Of a stretch of DNA of 64,000 nucleotides, positions 24,861 to 33,771 are shown piece by piece (within the stretch, counting starts at the first letter, position 1; every line of letters starts with the position of its first letter). The notes under the pieces were generated by a model. It was given only the letters and a program-made list of their open reading frames with translations, was not told the origin of the DNA and did not search any database. Made by a program: the position numbers and the translations under genes. Source of the stretch: a virus; the IMG/VR virus record IMGVR_UViG_3300032315_000633, positions 3,677-67,676 of that record, one strand, 5' to 3'.

Positions 24861-25270
24861 TTTTTCCTCCGTTGGTTTTTGATTAGTGCTGGTTTGAAGT
24901 TCTGCTTTCTTGCGTATTGAACGGAGCGTCTGTCGACACCCCATTGTCGTGCGACAACCGCCGTCGGTGTGCCTTCCTCAAGGAGTTTCTTCCACTCCCC
25001 CCACCGACCAGCGACGCTGATCGGATCTCTGAAGTAAGCTTGCTTGCCACGTTCATTGACATAGGAAGTCCGATGCGTTCGGATCTTAAGGGCTTGGTTA
25101 AGTTCCTCGGTCAATGCCGTGGTAGCCTTGGCATAACCTTGGAGATCACGCTCCATCTTAAAGACAGTCTGCTCAAGATGGCGGAGTGAATCTCGTAAGG
25201 TTTCGATTTGACTGGAGATCAACGGCACAGCCGATTGCTCGACGAGCCGTTTAGTTTCTGGTGACATCAT
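24857..25270 (-). CDS. coiled-coil + HTH protein
   Basis: C-terminal TAVVARQWGVDRRSVQY helix-turn-helix. Confidence 0.6.
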   Translation of the reverse strand: MMSPETKRLVEQSAVPLISSQIETLRDSLRHLEQTVFKMERDLQGYAKATTALTEELNQALKIRTHRTSYVNERGKQAYFRDPISVAGRWGEWKKLLEEGTPTAVVARQWGVDRRSVQYARKQNFKPALIKNQRRKK

Positions 25271-26621
25271 AGTAGTTTCCCTTCTGCGGCTACTTGTTCC
25301 GCATATTCATAGGTTGCACCAAAGAGGGCAAGCTCGGCGGCTTCCGTCAGTTCGGCTGACGGCTCAAGCACTGGATGTTCCGACCCCTTCTCAAAGACCT
25401 GCAGGTTGTGGAATTCTGCATCCACATACTCGCTGATCTCGACAAGTTGTTTGTCAGTTTCCGTGTGTCCCCAGTATTCGTAGCTCCCGATACCGACATC
25501 TTCGGTATGGGTCTCGTGGGTCACTGACCCAGTGACCTCGTAGTTCTTGCCCTCGTGTTCGAAGCTGGCTTCGTAACTATCTAGTTCGATTGTCATTTGC
25601 TCATCCTATAATGATTGACTTGGCGAAGAAGTTGGTCAGCCCACAACTTAAGGTCGTTGCGGGTGGTATCGTCAAGTTCCAGATTTGGCTTGGCAACAAG
25701 GTTCCTTGTTGCTTTGACAAAGCTGGCCATATCGTAGACCAAGACCGACTCTTCGCTGAGTCTGGGTTCAGTTTTCATAAAGCTTGATGGGTGTTAAACC
25801 TGGAGGAATTCCAGTTCGGAACCATCTTCCGACTCTATGCCCCATCAATCACTTGGCGTCTAGGTCGACATCGATGATGTTGAGGAACCCCGCACCATTG
25901 CCCTCTTCGTCTCGGTAGACCCAAGCCACCGACGGCTTGCGATCCTTGATCCCAGACTTAAAGACTAGGCCGTAGAGTGGTTCTCCATCAACGCCTTCGG
26001 TGTCGCAGACAACATCGACGCATACTTTACCGACGAGCTTTTTATACTCGGCGATATACGGATCTTTCTTGGTTTCCATATTTAGGTGTTTCCTTTCAAT
26101 AGAAGTCGAAGTCAGATCGTGTGGTTATTGGAACCACCCGAAATCCTCCCCCGAGTTTTTCATTCAACTCCGAACATTCCTCATCGGCAAGTTCTTTCGT
26201 TTCGTAGTGGCAGTCCTCGTACTTGCCGAGGCCGTCCACGCTCTGGCGGATGTCGCCCCATCCGAAGGTTGATTCGCTTTGGATTTTGTATCTCATAACG
26301 GGCTCACTTTCTGGCCTCGGAAATCTAGGTTGATGACATTCAACTCGTGCCGTTTGCACCAGACTTGGAGCCCCTTAATTGTCCAGCCAACCTCAAGGCT
26401 GGCGTAGGATCGTGGGCTTTCCCCGTCGGGTAATTCCTCAAGGCACTCTCGACAATGAAAGAAACTTTGGATATCCGATTCTTGTTTGATGTCTTGGATC
26501 ATACTTGATCCTCCATAACGAGTCGTATCTTCTCGACTTCTTTGGCTAGGTTTTCCAGGCCTTCACGGATTGTCTCCGTTAGGATGGTGAATTGTCTTTC
26601 GTCCATTCGTTGGATCTCCAT
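25267..26621 (-). CDS. run of small hypothetical early genes (25267-25596, 25593-25778, 25849-26079, 26096-26296, 26293-26502, 26499-26621)
   Basis: Mostly ATGA-coupled ORFs with RBS motifs. Confidence 0.55.
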
Positions 26622-26638
26622 TGGTTTCTCCTTGTTGG

Positions 26639-27028
26639 TTAAAGTGGGAAGACCTTGATCTGAAGGAGATCGTCCATCTCCTTTTCAGTCGGGGGCTTCA
26701 CCCACTCGATCTGCTTCTCCAGTTCCTCGATGGTGGACTTGCACGAGGTTGTCTCGCCTTCGTCATCGGTTCCCACGATCAAGGTCTTGCCAACCAGATG
26801 GGTTTGGCCAGCCCACTTGAGCCGATAGCAACCGACATTCCCAAGGTGTTCCTCACCCTTCAGCAATCCCTCGTCGTCGATAAAGGCGACATCGTAGTTT
26901 GGAAGGTTGAAGGTTGAGACGCACCGACATCCCGTCAGTTCGTAGATTTCCTCAAGGCCAAAGCGTCCATCCGATTTGACCTCGGTGAACGACTTGGCTT
27001 TGGGATCAATTAAAATTCCAGTAATCAT
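26639..27028 (-). CDS. DUF3846-like hypothetical protein
   Basis: ILIDP...LEEIYELTGC...FIDDEGLLK...G..LIVG.D.EGET. Confidence 0.6.
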   Translation of the reverse strand: MITGILIDPKAKSFTEVKSDGRFGLEEIYELTGCRCVSTFNLPNYDVAFIDDEGLLKGEEHLGNVGCYRLKWAGQTHLVGKTLIVGTDDEGETTSCKSTIEELEKQIEWVKPPTEKEMDDLLQIKVFPL

Positions 27029-27432
27029 ACGCAAACCTCCTTTATTTCTTGGTTGACCGACATACATTGGTTGACCGTCTCGATCCAATCAGACTTCTCC
27101 GCTTCCAACTTCTGCGTCCGACCCATCCAAGGTTTCGGACTGATGCACGAGAACCAGTCTTGGATGCTTGGGATTCTGCCCAAGTCCTCCTTGACATGTT
27201 GCTCGGCGACCCACCTCGTCGGGACTTTGCGTCCGTCGCTGTTGGTGATCGTATGCCCGAAGATCCGCTCCGCCATATAGCACCCCTCGGCGTGATGCCG
27301 CAACGCTCGATGGCGGAAGTCGGCAAACATCATCTTGCTCTCGTCAAACCAATCGTGGATGGCTTGGTAATCCTCGGGTTTGCCACCCCATTTCTTGGCC
27401 GAACTTACGGCGTGATGGTATGGGTTAGCCAT
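27025..27432 (-). CDS. DUF6915-like protein
   Basis: MANPYHHAVSSAKKWGG...IHDWFDESK...RHRALRHH...EQHVKED. Confidence 0.75.
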   Translation of the reverse strand: MANPYHHAVSSAKKWGGKPEDYQAIHDWFDESKMMFADFRHRALRHHAEGCYMAERIFGHTITNSDGRKVPTRWVAEQHVKEDLGRIPSIQDWFSCISPKPWMGRTQKLEAEKSDWIETVNQCMSVNQEIKEVCV

Positions 27433-27568
27433 TGGGAACCTCCCGTATTTCGTAGCGTTCGGAGTGTGGGAGTTGTGACACCACCCACTTCTTCACATCA
27501 GCGATGTCGTCTGATTCAACGAACCATTGAACACCGCTGTCTGGATCACGAACCTCGAAGGTTTTAAT
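27425..27568 (-). CDS. 47-aa hypothetical protein with an apparent ATT start
   Basis: GAGGAGG, 6 nt, then ATT AAA ACC TTC; fills the gap exactly. Confidence 0.45.
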   Translation of the reverse strand: MKTFEVRDPDSGVQWFVESDDIADVKKWVVSQLPHSERYEIREVPNG

Positions 27569-28031
27569 AGGTTTCCTCCTCGGTCTCGATGCTCTCGACC
27601 CGCTGGTTGTAGGTCAGTTCGATCGTGTTGTCCTTGACGATTAGGTGGAACTCGCCGAATGACCCCTCGTTGATCTCCCACCCTCCGTGGTTGGCTTCGA
27701 GTAGGTCGTAACAAAGTTGCTCGATCAGATCCCGTAAGGTAGCTGGCTTCATCACCTCGACCCATTTATCCTTGTCCTTGTCCCACTTTGTTGAGTGGAC
27801 GACTTCGGCACCTTCAATGTCCAGATTATCCAAGGTGTCGTCGGAGACTCCCTCTTTCTTGCCAACGCCTTTCTTGTATAGGACATCGTTGATCTGGCCA
27901 GAGTCACCAGCCCCGTCAAAGTCAACGATGACTTCACGGACTTGGGATTGTTTGAGGGCATCGAACACCAACTCCTTGGTGCTCTTGGCTCGGGTCTCGT
28001 GCTTCTTTCTGTGCTTTTCCATTATGTCCAT
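27564..28031 (-). CDS. DUF6878-like protein
   Basis: FDGAGDSGQI...GWEINEGSFGEF motif; adjacent to the DUF6915-like gene. Confidence 0.75.
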   Translation of the reverse strand: MDIMEKHRKKHETRAKSTKELVFDALKQSQVREVIVDFDGAGDSGQINDVLYKKGVGKKEGVSDDTLDNLDIEGAEVVHSTKWDKDKDKWVEVMKPATLRDLIEQLCYDLLEANHGGWEINEGSFGEFHLIVKDNTIELTYNQRVESIETEEETY

Positions 28032-28049
28032 TGTCTTGCTCTCCTTTGG

Positions 28050-29417
28050 TTAGTAGCTTCTGCGTAGCTCGCCGACATAGGTCGGGCCTGTCGGGGACAC
28101 CTGTCCGTTGGCCAACTTCTTAAGGAAGTTGACCGCATCTTCCATACATTTCTGCATCACAACTCTGCCAGCCGTGACCAATGCCTTGGCCTCGGCCGCC
28201 AGATGGGTATGGAAGCAGTCATTGGCTCCATCGGTGACGGCTCCGTCGCAAACCCAAAGCACCATCTCGTTCTGGAATCGTCTGGCCTTCAACGCCCAGC
28301 GTAAGGCTGGTCCGTCAACGCCGTTGCCACAGCCGTGCTTGGTTGGCAACTTGCTGACCATCTTGCCGTCCTTGGCCAGCACCCAGAAGTTGGGAACGCC
28401 TTGGCTTCCATCCTTGTGGGCGTAAGCCGCAATCGTGGCTCCTGGAGCGTGCTGAAGTATCGTCAAGATATCCTTGGGTTCAAGACTCATCGAGCCAGAC
28501 CAATCAATCAAGACGACACCGCCCGACTTGCGTTTGACACGATCGAACACCCGACGATACGGGTCGGTAAGCAACCGACCGATACGGCGTGGAGCCCGAC
28601 CGACATCCGAGGCGATGCGAACTTTGCCAAGGTTGCCGTTGTGCATCCGATTGAGGGATGCCTTGCCGTCAACCAAGTCACCGAACTTGGCCGTGCATTC
28701 GGCATCGGAATCCTGCACCTTTCTGGATGGTCGGAGTTGCGGGATGCGTTTGGTCATCTCGGCAATCTCCATATACTTATCCAGAACGGTGGCGATTTTC
28801 TCGGTCACAAGGAAGCCACGGGTAAGTGGCACCTTGGTCTTGCGACCAATCGGTTTGTCGCTCGTCAGATTATACTTATAATTGTCGAGCAACTCGGCGA
28901 TTGTATTGGACAAATCCGTAGCCCCTTGGATGGTTTCCAACTCTCCGTTCTCAAGACCAGCCTTCTCGATCTGCTTAAGCACCGCCTCCTGCGTCTTGGT
29001 TCCGTGGGTTGCCGCCACCACACGGATGACACCAGCCAAGTCCTTGGCCTTGGCATAGCGGTAAGCATTGATCTCGTCAGTCTCGTCGTAGAGATGTTCA
29101 CTCGGATTGAAGCCTTCATTCTGAAGCACCCGATTGATCCGACATTCCTCGGCCAGCATTAAGGCTTGCTCGGTGGCAACGCCACGCTTGAGCCAAGGCC
29201 GTAGGTCTGGCGGACTCAATCGAATGTGCATCATCTCGTGGGCTCGGATGACTTCGGCTCGTGCCTCCTCGTTGAAGGGAACCATCAGCCGTCGTGCTTC
29301 AATGCAAGTCTTGGGACTGCCACGATCCATCGAGGATCGGATGATGTCCCAAGCCTCATTGACACCACGGCGATTGCCAGCTTGTCGTATGAACTCTGGT
29401 AGTATTGCGGTCTGCAT
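28050..29417 (-). CDS. HExxH metallopeptidase-like + VWA (CobT-like) protein
   Basis: RAHEMMH; MIDAS motif IDWSGSM and CDG. Confidence 0.75.
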   Translation of the reverse strand: MQTAILPEFIRQAGNRRGVNEAWDIIRSSMDRGSPKTCIEARRLMVPFNEEARAEVIRAHEMMHIRLSPPDLRPWLKRGVATEQALMLAEECRINRVLQNEGFNPSEHLYDETDEINAYRYAKAKDLAGVIRVVAATHGTKTQEAVLKQIEKAGLENGELETIQGATDLSNTIAELLDNYKYNLTSDKPIGRKTKVPLTRGFLVTEKIATVLDKYMEIAEMTKRIPQLRPSRKVQDSDAECTAKFGDLVDGKASLNRMHNGNLGKVRIASDVGRAPRRIGRLLTDPYRRVFDRVKRKSGGVVLIDWSGSMSLEPKDILTILQHAPGATIAAYAHKDGSQGVPNFWVLAKDGKMVSKLPTKHGCGNGVDGPALRWALKARRFQNEMVLWVCDGAVTDGANDCFHTHLAAEAKALVTAGRVVMQKCMEDAVNFLKKLANGQVSPTGPTYVGELRRSY

Positions 29418-29563
29418 CACTTGCCTCCTTCCTTTAGTTGACCCACCGCTTGGCGAAGTTTCTCCATCGCCCAAGCGGGGGGTTGTTTCGGTTTGGCGTC
29501 TGCGTATTTAACCTCCGCCAATGCAACGGCCAACCTCTCTTCCAATTCGGTTGGACGATCCAT
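29417..29563 (-). CDS. 48-aa hypothetical protein between the AAA and VWA genes
   Basis: MDRPTELEERL...KEGGK with a TGATG overlap. Confidence 0.5.
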   Translation of the reverse strand: MDRPTELEERLAVALAEVKYADAKPKQPPAWAMEKLRQAVGQLKEGGK

Positions 29564-29580
29564 AGTTGTAGGGTGGAGGG

Positions 29581-30336
29581 TTATTCGGACTTCTCGGCGA
29601 GCTTGGCTCCGTTGATCTGATCGATCTTGATGGCGGTCAAGAAGTCCTTGGCCTTGTCGTCAAAGATCAAGTGAGCCGCACGCTCCTCACCGACAGACTT
29701 GCGTAGGCTGTCGTAGGCGAAGAAGGTTCGCAGATCGATACGCCGTTCACCCAAGTCAGCGGAACGCTCGGCGTAGTCCCGAAGATCGGGGGACAAGCGT
29801 TCGAGTGCCGTGTGGTGGGGCTTGTTGATGCGGATACGGATCGGGAAGCGGGAACGGATGGCCTCGGGCAGATCCTCAAGGTTCTCCAGATTGGTGGTCA
29901 TCACCACGCTGAAGCCCTCTTGTGGAGTCTCGACCTTGCCAGTCTGCGGGTTCTCCCACTTGCAAGACTCGGGGCTGTCGGTCATCGCCAGCAAGGTAGC
30001 GAACACATCGCCCCCCGCCTTGTCGATCTCGTCAACGATGAGACGACCGCCAGTCCGCCAAGCCTTGACCGCTTGACCCTCGTGCCAAGAGAAGGTTCCC
30101 TTCTCGTTCGGCATCCAAGCCCCCGTGACATCGGCGTTGGTCATATCGGGGGTGCAGATCAGACGGAAGGTCGGACGATCCTTGGTCGCCATCGTCAGAC
30201 CAGCGTAAGTCTTGCCAGTTCCAGGAGGCCCGTAAAGAACCAGTCGGTTAACGCCAGCTTCGAGCGTCTGCTCGACATCTTGCCAGCAATCGGTTTTCTT
30301 CTGCTTCGTTGTTTTGGTGGTGGTTGTGGTAGCCAT
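29581..30336 (-). CDS. MoxR/CobS-like AAA+ ATPase
   Basis: GPPGTGKT, IVDEID, TTN sensor, AIRSRF arginine finger. Confidence 0.9.
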   Translation of the reverse strand: MATTTTTKTTKQKKTDCWQDVEQTLEAGVNRLVLYGPPGTGKTYAGLTMATKDRPTFRLICTPDMTNADVTGAWMPNEKGTFSWHEGQAVKAWRTGGRLIVDEIDKAGGDVFATLLAMTDSPESCKWENPQTGKVETPQEGFSVVMTTNLENLEDLPEAIRSRFPIRIRINKPHHTALERLSPDLRDYAERSADLGERRIDLRTFFAYDSLRKSVGEERAAHLIFDDKAKDFLTAIKIDQINGAKLAEKSE

Positions 30337-30367
30337 TGTGTCGTATCTCCTTTCGGTTATGGGTTGG

Positions 30368-30769
30368 TTAGTCTTGCTTATCCAAGTTGGATTCGGCCTC
30401 CTCTTTGGCGGCCTCCAACATTCCGTCTTTCAATTTCTCCCGCATTTCAACAAAGCCCTCGGGGGCATCAGCCAGATTCATTTCCCCGTCGGGCATACAA
30501 GCCGAAGCGTGGAGGCCGATGAAGGCAACCAGCCTCTCGTAATTCTTCGGGCTGCTCTTGAGGACAATCCCCAAGGAAGCCAAGGCGACCTTGATCGACT
30601 CGGCCTCGTCCTTCTGGTTGGGTTGGCTCGGGCTGATCTTCTCAAGGATCTTGGCGAGCAAGGCGATGTAGGGCAACGGCCCATTGCCACGCTCCAGACC
30701 GATGGCGATGCCTTGAGGTTGTTCGTTGTCGCTGTCGTCGGATGATTTCTGAAACACATTTCTGCTCAT
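30368..30769 (-). CDS. hypothetical protein
   Basis: AAAGGAG RBS before ATG 30769. Confidence 0.55.
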   Translation of the reverse strand: MSRNVFQKSSDDSDNEQPQGIAIGLERGNGPLPYIALLAKILEKISPSQPNQKDEAESIKVALASLGIVLKSSPKNYERLVAFIGLHASACMPDGEMNLADAPEGFVEMREKLKDGMLEAAKEEAESNLDKQD

Positions 30770-30788
30770 AGTAAGTATCTCCTTTCGG

Positions 30789-31046
30789 TTAAACGCTTCT
30801 GCCAGATGCGTAGAGGACATTGCGAAGGGTGGAACGCTGTCCAACCCTCCGTGAATAACGCCTCAATTCGCTGTAAGTTTCGGGAGCCATCAACTGGATG
30901 GATCCGCCAGTCTTGTGTGCGTAGACCATCGCCCCTTTGTAGCGGGGCGTAGGGGTTGAGGTTGCACAAGCCAAGCAGTAAACCAGATCGAGGTCTCGTC
31001 TGGCTTTCTCGACTGGCTCGTGACACCTTGGACAAGGATCAATCAC
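30789..31046 (-). CDS. TraR/DksA-type C4 zinc-finger protein
   Basis: CPRCHEPVEKARR....YCLAC; GGAGG RBS before GTG. Confidence 0.55.
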   Translation of the reverse strand: MIDPCPRCHEPVEKARRDLDLVYCLACATSTPTPRYKGAMVYAHKTGGSIQLMAPETYSELRRYSRRVGQRSTLRNVLYASGRSV

Positions 31047-31560
31047 GGCAACCTCCGAACGATTGCCTCGTCGTCCCATTCCCAACCGCTACGGATGAGG
31101 TAGCGGAAGGCAAGGTTCCTCGTCTTGAACTCCTGGATGACTCTGCCTTTGTAGATTACTGCGAACATAGAACCTCCACGATTGAGTAGAGTGCCATACC
31201 AACCAGCACTCCAGAGATGAAGTAGAAGTAGTTTCGGATGAAGTCGTGCATCGAAGGTTCCTCCTTTGGTTAGATGTTGTATGCGGGGTGGGGGATGCTG
31301 AAGTTGACGGGAACATAAGTCCCGTCAGCCGCCATCAATCCCAGCTTGCTTCCATCGGGGAAGGTTGAGACAATCCTAGCCCAATGGAGAAACTCCTGCC
31401 GACAATCACCGATGGTGTAATGTCGAAGGTTCGACACTGGTCGTCCGTTTCGGAGGATGATCCAATGGTGTTTCGTTGCAACCTTGTTCAGCGTAGAACG
31501 AAGGTTAGGGTTGTCTCTCCATTGACCGAGTTGGTTGTATCCTTTGGTTGGCGTAGGCAT
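31043..31560 (-). CDS. three small early ORFs (31043-31168, 31156-31251 membrane peptide, 31270-31560)
   Basis: Each has an RBS and the ORFs are tightly packed. Confidence 0.5.
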
Positions 31561-31599
31561 TTTATTGACTCCTTATGTCCTTCTGCTATCAAGTCAGTT

Positions 31600-32136
31600 A
31601 TGCCGAAGGACTTGGGCATAGACTGGAAACTCGTAGAGGCCGAATATATGCGGGGCACTCGGCCTACCGATATCTGTAAAACCTATGGTTTGAATACCAG
31701 AACTTTGAAGACTCGTATCTTCAGAGAGGGATGGGCTTCCAAAAGGTTGGCAATACTTGAGGGACTGGAAGCCAAAAAGCTGTCTCGTAGTATCCAAACG
31801 CTGGACAACAAGGCCACCTCGTATCTTCAAAGGGTAGTAAAGGAAGTTGATCGTGGATTGGATGTCCTCGAAGCCCAGCAACCCGCAACCACTCGGGAAG
31901 TTAACGAACACTTTGATGCACTTGGCAAAATCGACAAGGTTGCGAGACCAGCACTTGGCCTTACGGATCAGTCGTCGGGTGGAAAAGGAAATATTGTGAA
32001 TATCGCTGTGCTTCAACAAGTTCCAGCTGAAAATACGGATGTCGTTGAAGTTCAAGGAGTTGCTTCCGAGTTGAATACAATGCCTATTGTGCGACAAATC
32101 AGCAAAGAGATTCATTCCAGTCCCCCTTCCGAGTAG
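31600..32136 (+). CDS. terminase small subunit-like protein
   Basis: N-terminal DW..VEAEY..G.....IC..YGLN..TLKTRI.REGW HTH, central helices and a GNIVNIAVL beta tail. Confidence 0.6.
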   Translation: MPKDLGIDWKLVEAEYMRGTRPTDICKTYGLNTRTLKTRIFREGWASKRLAILEGLEAKKLSRSIQTLDNKATSYLQRVVKEVDRGLDVLEAQQPATTREVNEHFDALGKIDKVARPALGLTDQSSGGKGNIVNIAVLQQVPAENTDVVEVQGVASELNTMPIVRQISKEIHSSPPSE

Positions 32137-32452
32137 TTTCCTTGGGTTGCCGAGGGCTACGAGAACCCTTGGAGAGGTCACGATCAGCCTTTCTGATGGC
32201 CTGAAATCGCTCCTCAAAGGCCATAGCAGCGAGGATCTTGGCTTTGGATACTCGGATATAGGGACGAGCGTAATCCCTAGCTTTAATAGCTTTCTTCTTC
32301 AACCCCCAGATAGTCTTGCGATCGGCGTAGAGTTCGGTTTGGTAGCAAGCCGACAGAGTAGGCGAAGGTTTGCAACCAGCCACCAGCGAGTTGTTGATGG
32401 TTCGGTCAGCAAACCCAGCATCAATCAGTTGTAGTCGTAGGGTGTTATTCAT
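32099..32452 (-). CDS. basic hypothetical early protein
   Basis: GGAGG RBS. Confidence 0.5.
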   Translation of the reverse strand: MNNTLRLQLIDAGFADRTINNSLVAGCKPSPTLSACYQTELYADRKTIWGLKKKAIKARDYARPYIRVSKAKILAAMAFEERFQAIRKADRDLSKGSRSPRQPKETTRKGDWNESLC

Positions 32453-32474
32453 ATACCTCCAGGAGTTAAAGGTT

Positions 32475-32513
32475 AAAAAAAAGAAACACCGAGGGGGATT
32501 GAACCCCTCGGTG
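32475..32513 (-). terminator. intrinsic terminator
   Basis: 10-bp stem CACCGAGGGG/CCCCTCGGTG, loop TTCAATC, followed by a U-tract. Confidence 0.8.
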
Positions 32514-32531
32514 CTTCAGTGATGGAATCCT

Positions 32532-32831
32532 TTAGACCAAGGATTCGGTGAAGGTTCCGACCTTCTGCGGTTTGGAAGGAGCTTGGCTCTTCGGAGGGAT
32601 CGAGATACCGATCCTCACAAAGAACTTACGATCTCCAGCAGTGACCATCTGTCCAGCTTTGGAGAGGCTGAACGGAGTGAGGTTTGTCCAACCAGTGTCA
32701 CCAGTTGAACTATTACCCCGAAGGTAATCACCACTGAAGACAAAGGCCACATAGTCTTTGTCACCATCCTTAAAGGCGATGGTTCCCCAGTTTCCAGTCA
32801 GTGATTTGATTAGGTTAGTTAGTGCTTTCAT
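32532..32831 (-). CDS. first gene of the leftward early block, hypothetical
   Basis: GGAGG RBS; followed by a terminator. Confidence 0.55.
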   Translation of the reverse strand: MKALTNLIKSLTGNWGTIAFKDGDKDYVAFVFSGDYLRGNSSTGDTGWTNLTPFSLSKAGQMVTAGDRKFFVRIGISIPPKSQAPSKPQKVGTFTESLV

Positions 32832-32934
32832 ATTCAATACCTCCAAGTTAAGGTTATCGGTACAGAGAAACTATCGTTCCGCTGTCCAAAAACCCAACGC
32901 CGACCGACCGAAAAAACCCGACCGACCCCCACCG

Positions 32935-32957
32935 CAAAAAAGCCGAAGGCTTTTTTG
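32935..32957. terminator. palindromic hairpin, possibly a bidirectional terminator
   Basis: CAAAAAAGCC-GAA-GGCTTTTTTG. Confidence 0.55.
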
Positions 32958-33079
32958 AACCCTGGATTAAAGATAAGATATAGATTTACCCACCACCCCT
33001 CCCCAGTATATACCCCCTTTATAATTACTAAGTATTGCGTGAGGCGACATTAAAAATTTTTTTTATTTTTTACACCCGC

Positions 33080-33113
33080 TGGACAAACGCCCCGTTCGGT
33101 TACAATCCTGTCT
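33080..33113 (+). promoter_or_regulatory. sigma70-type promoter giving a leaderless transcript
   Basis: TGGACA-N15-TACAAT-N7-ATG. Confidence 0.5.
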
Positions 33114-33359
33114 ATGCCTCTTGGACGTGACTACGCTATGGAGTACCGCCGGTACCACAGTTCTTCGCAAGCGAAGAAAGACAGAGCGGCTAGAAACACG
33201 GCAAGGCGCAGAGCCATGCGGATGGGTCGGGTTCGCAAGGGTGACGGGAAAGACATCGACCACAAAGACGGCAATCCACGAAACAACTCAAATGGAAATT
33301 TGAGGGTTATGGAGCGGAGTAGGAATCGTGGCCGTGACAACAACTCCTGGAGATACTGA
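33114..33359 (+). CDS. small HNH endonuclease
   Basis: GDGKDIDHKDGNPRNNSNGNLRV...NRGR. Confidence 0.8.
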   Translation: MPLGRDYAMEYRRYHSSSQAKKDRAARNTARRRAMRMGRVRKGDGKDIDHKDGNPRNNSNGNLRVMERSRNRGRDNNSWRY

Positions 33360-33508
33360 TGCCCCTAGGAAGACAAAAGAAAACCAAGCCGAAGGACGCT
33401 TGCTACAACAAGGTCAAATCCCGCTACAAGGTTTGGCCTTCGGCCTATGCGTCCGGCGCATTGGTCAAGTGCCGCAAGGTCGGCGCAAAAAATTGGGGTA
33501 ACAAATAA
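33359..33508 (+). CDS. small basic protein (49 aa)
   Basis: MPLGRQKK..DACYNKVKSRYKVWPSAYASGALVKCRK; TGATG and TAATG coupling. Confidence 0.75.
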   Translation: MPLGRQKKTKPKDACYNKVKSRYKVWPSAYASGALVKCRKVGAKNWGNK

Positions 33509-33741
33509 TGGCTTTCGAATTGGAAAAGAAATACGGGCTTCACGGATGGTTCAAGCGCAACAAGGGCAAGGGCTGGATCAATTGCAAGACGGGTGGCCCG
33601 TGTGGTCGCAAGGACGCAAGCAAAGGAAGCTATCCCGCTTGCCGTCCGACCAAGGCAATGTGCAACTCGGCTGCCAGGAAAAAGAAGGGTCCCGCTCGCG
33701 TAAGCTGGCAGGGTCGTCGTGGGCTGGGTGGACGGGCTTGA
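33508..33741 (+). CDS. small basic Cys-containing protein
   Basis: GLHGWFK...W....G.PCGR....YPACRP. Confidence 0.7.
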   Translation: MAFELEKKYGLHGWFKRNKGKGWINCKTGGPCGRKDASKGSYPACRPTKAMCNSAARKKKGPARVSWQGRRGLGGRA

Positions 33742-33771
33742 CGGAAGGTTAGGTCGGAATAGGATCCACAT

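Noticed and set aside
29446-29478. Hairpin CCGCTTGG...CCAAGCGG as a terminator
   Set aside because: It lies inside a coupled 48-aa ORF and lacks a clear U-tract
32487-32513. tRNA gene or attP suggested by GGTTCAATCC
   Set aside because: It is a single hairpin with no D arm, anticodon arm or CCA end, and no integrase is present
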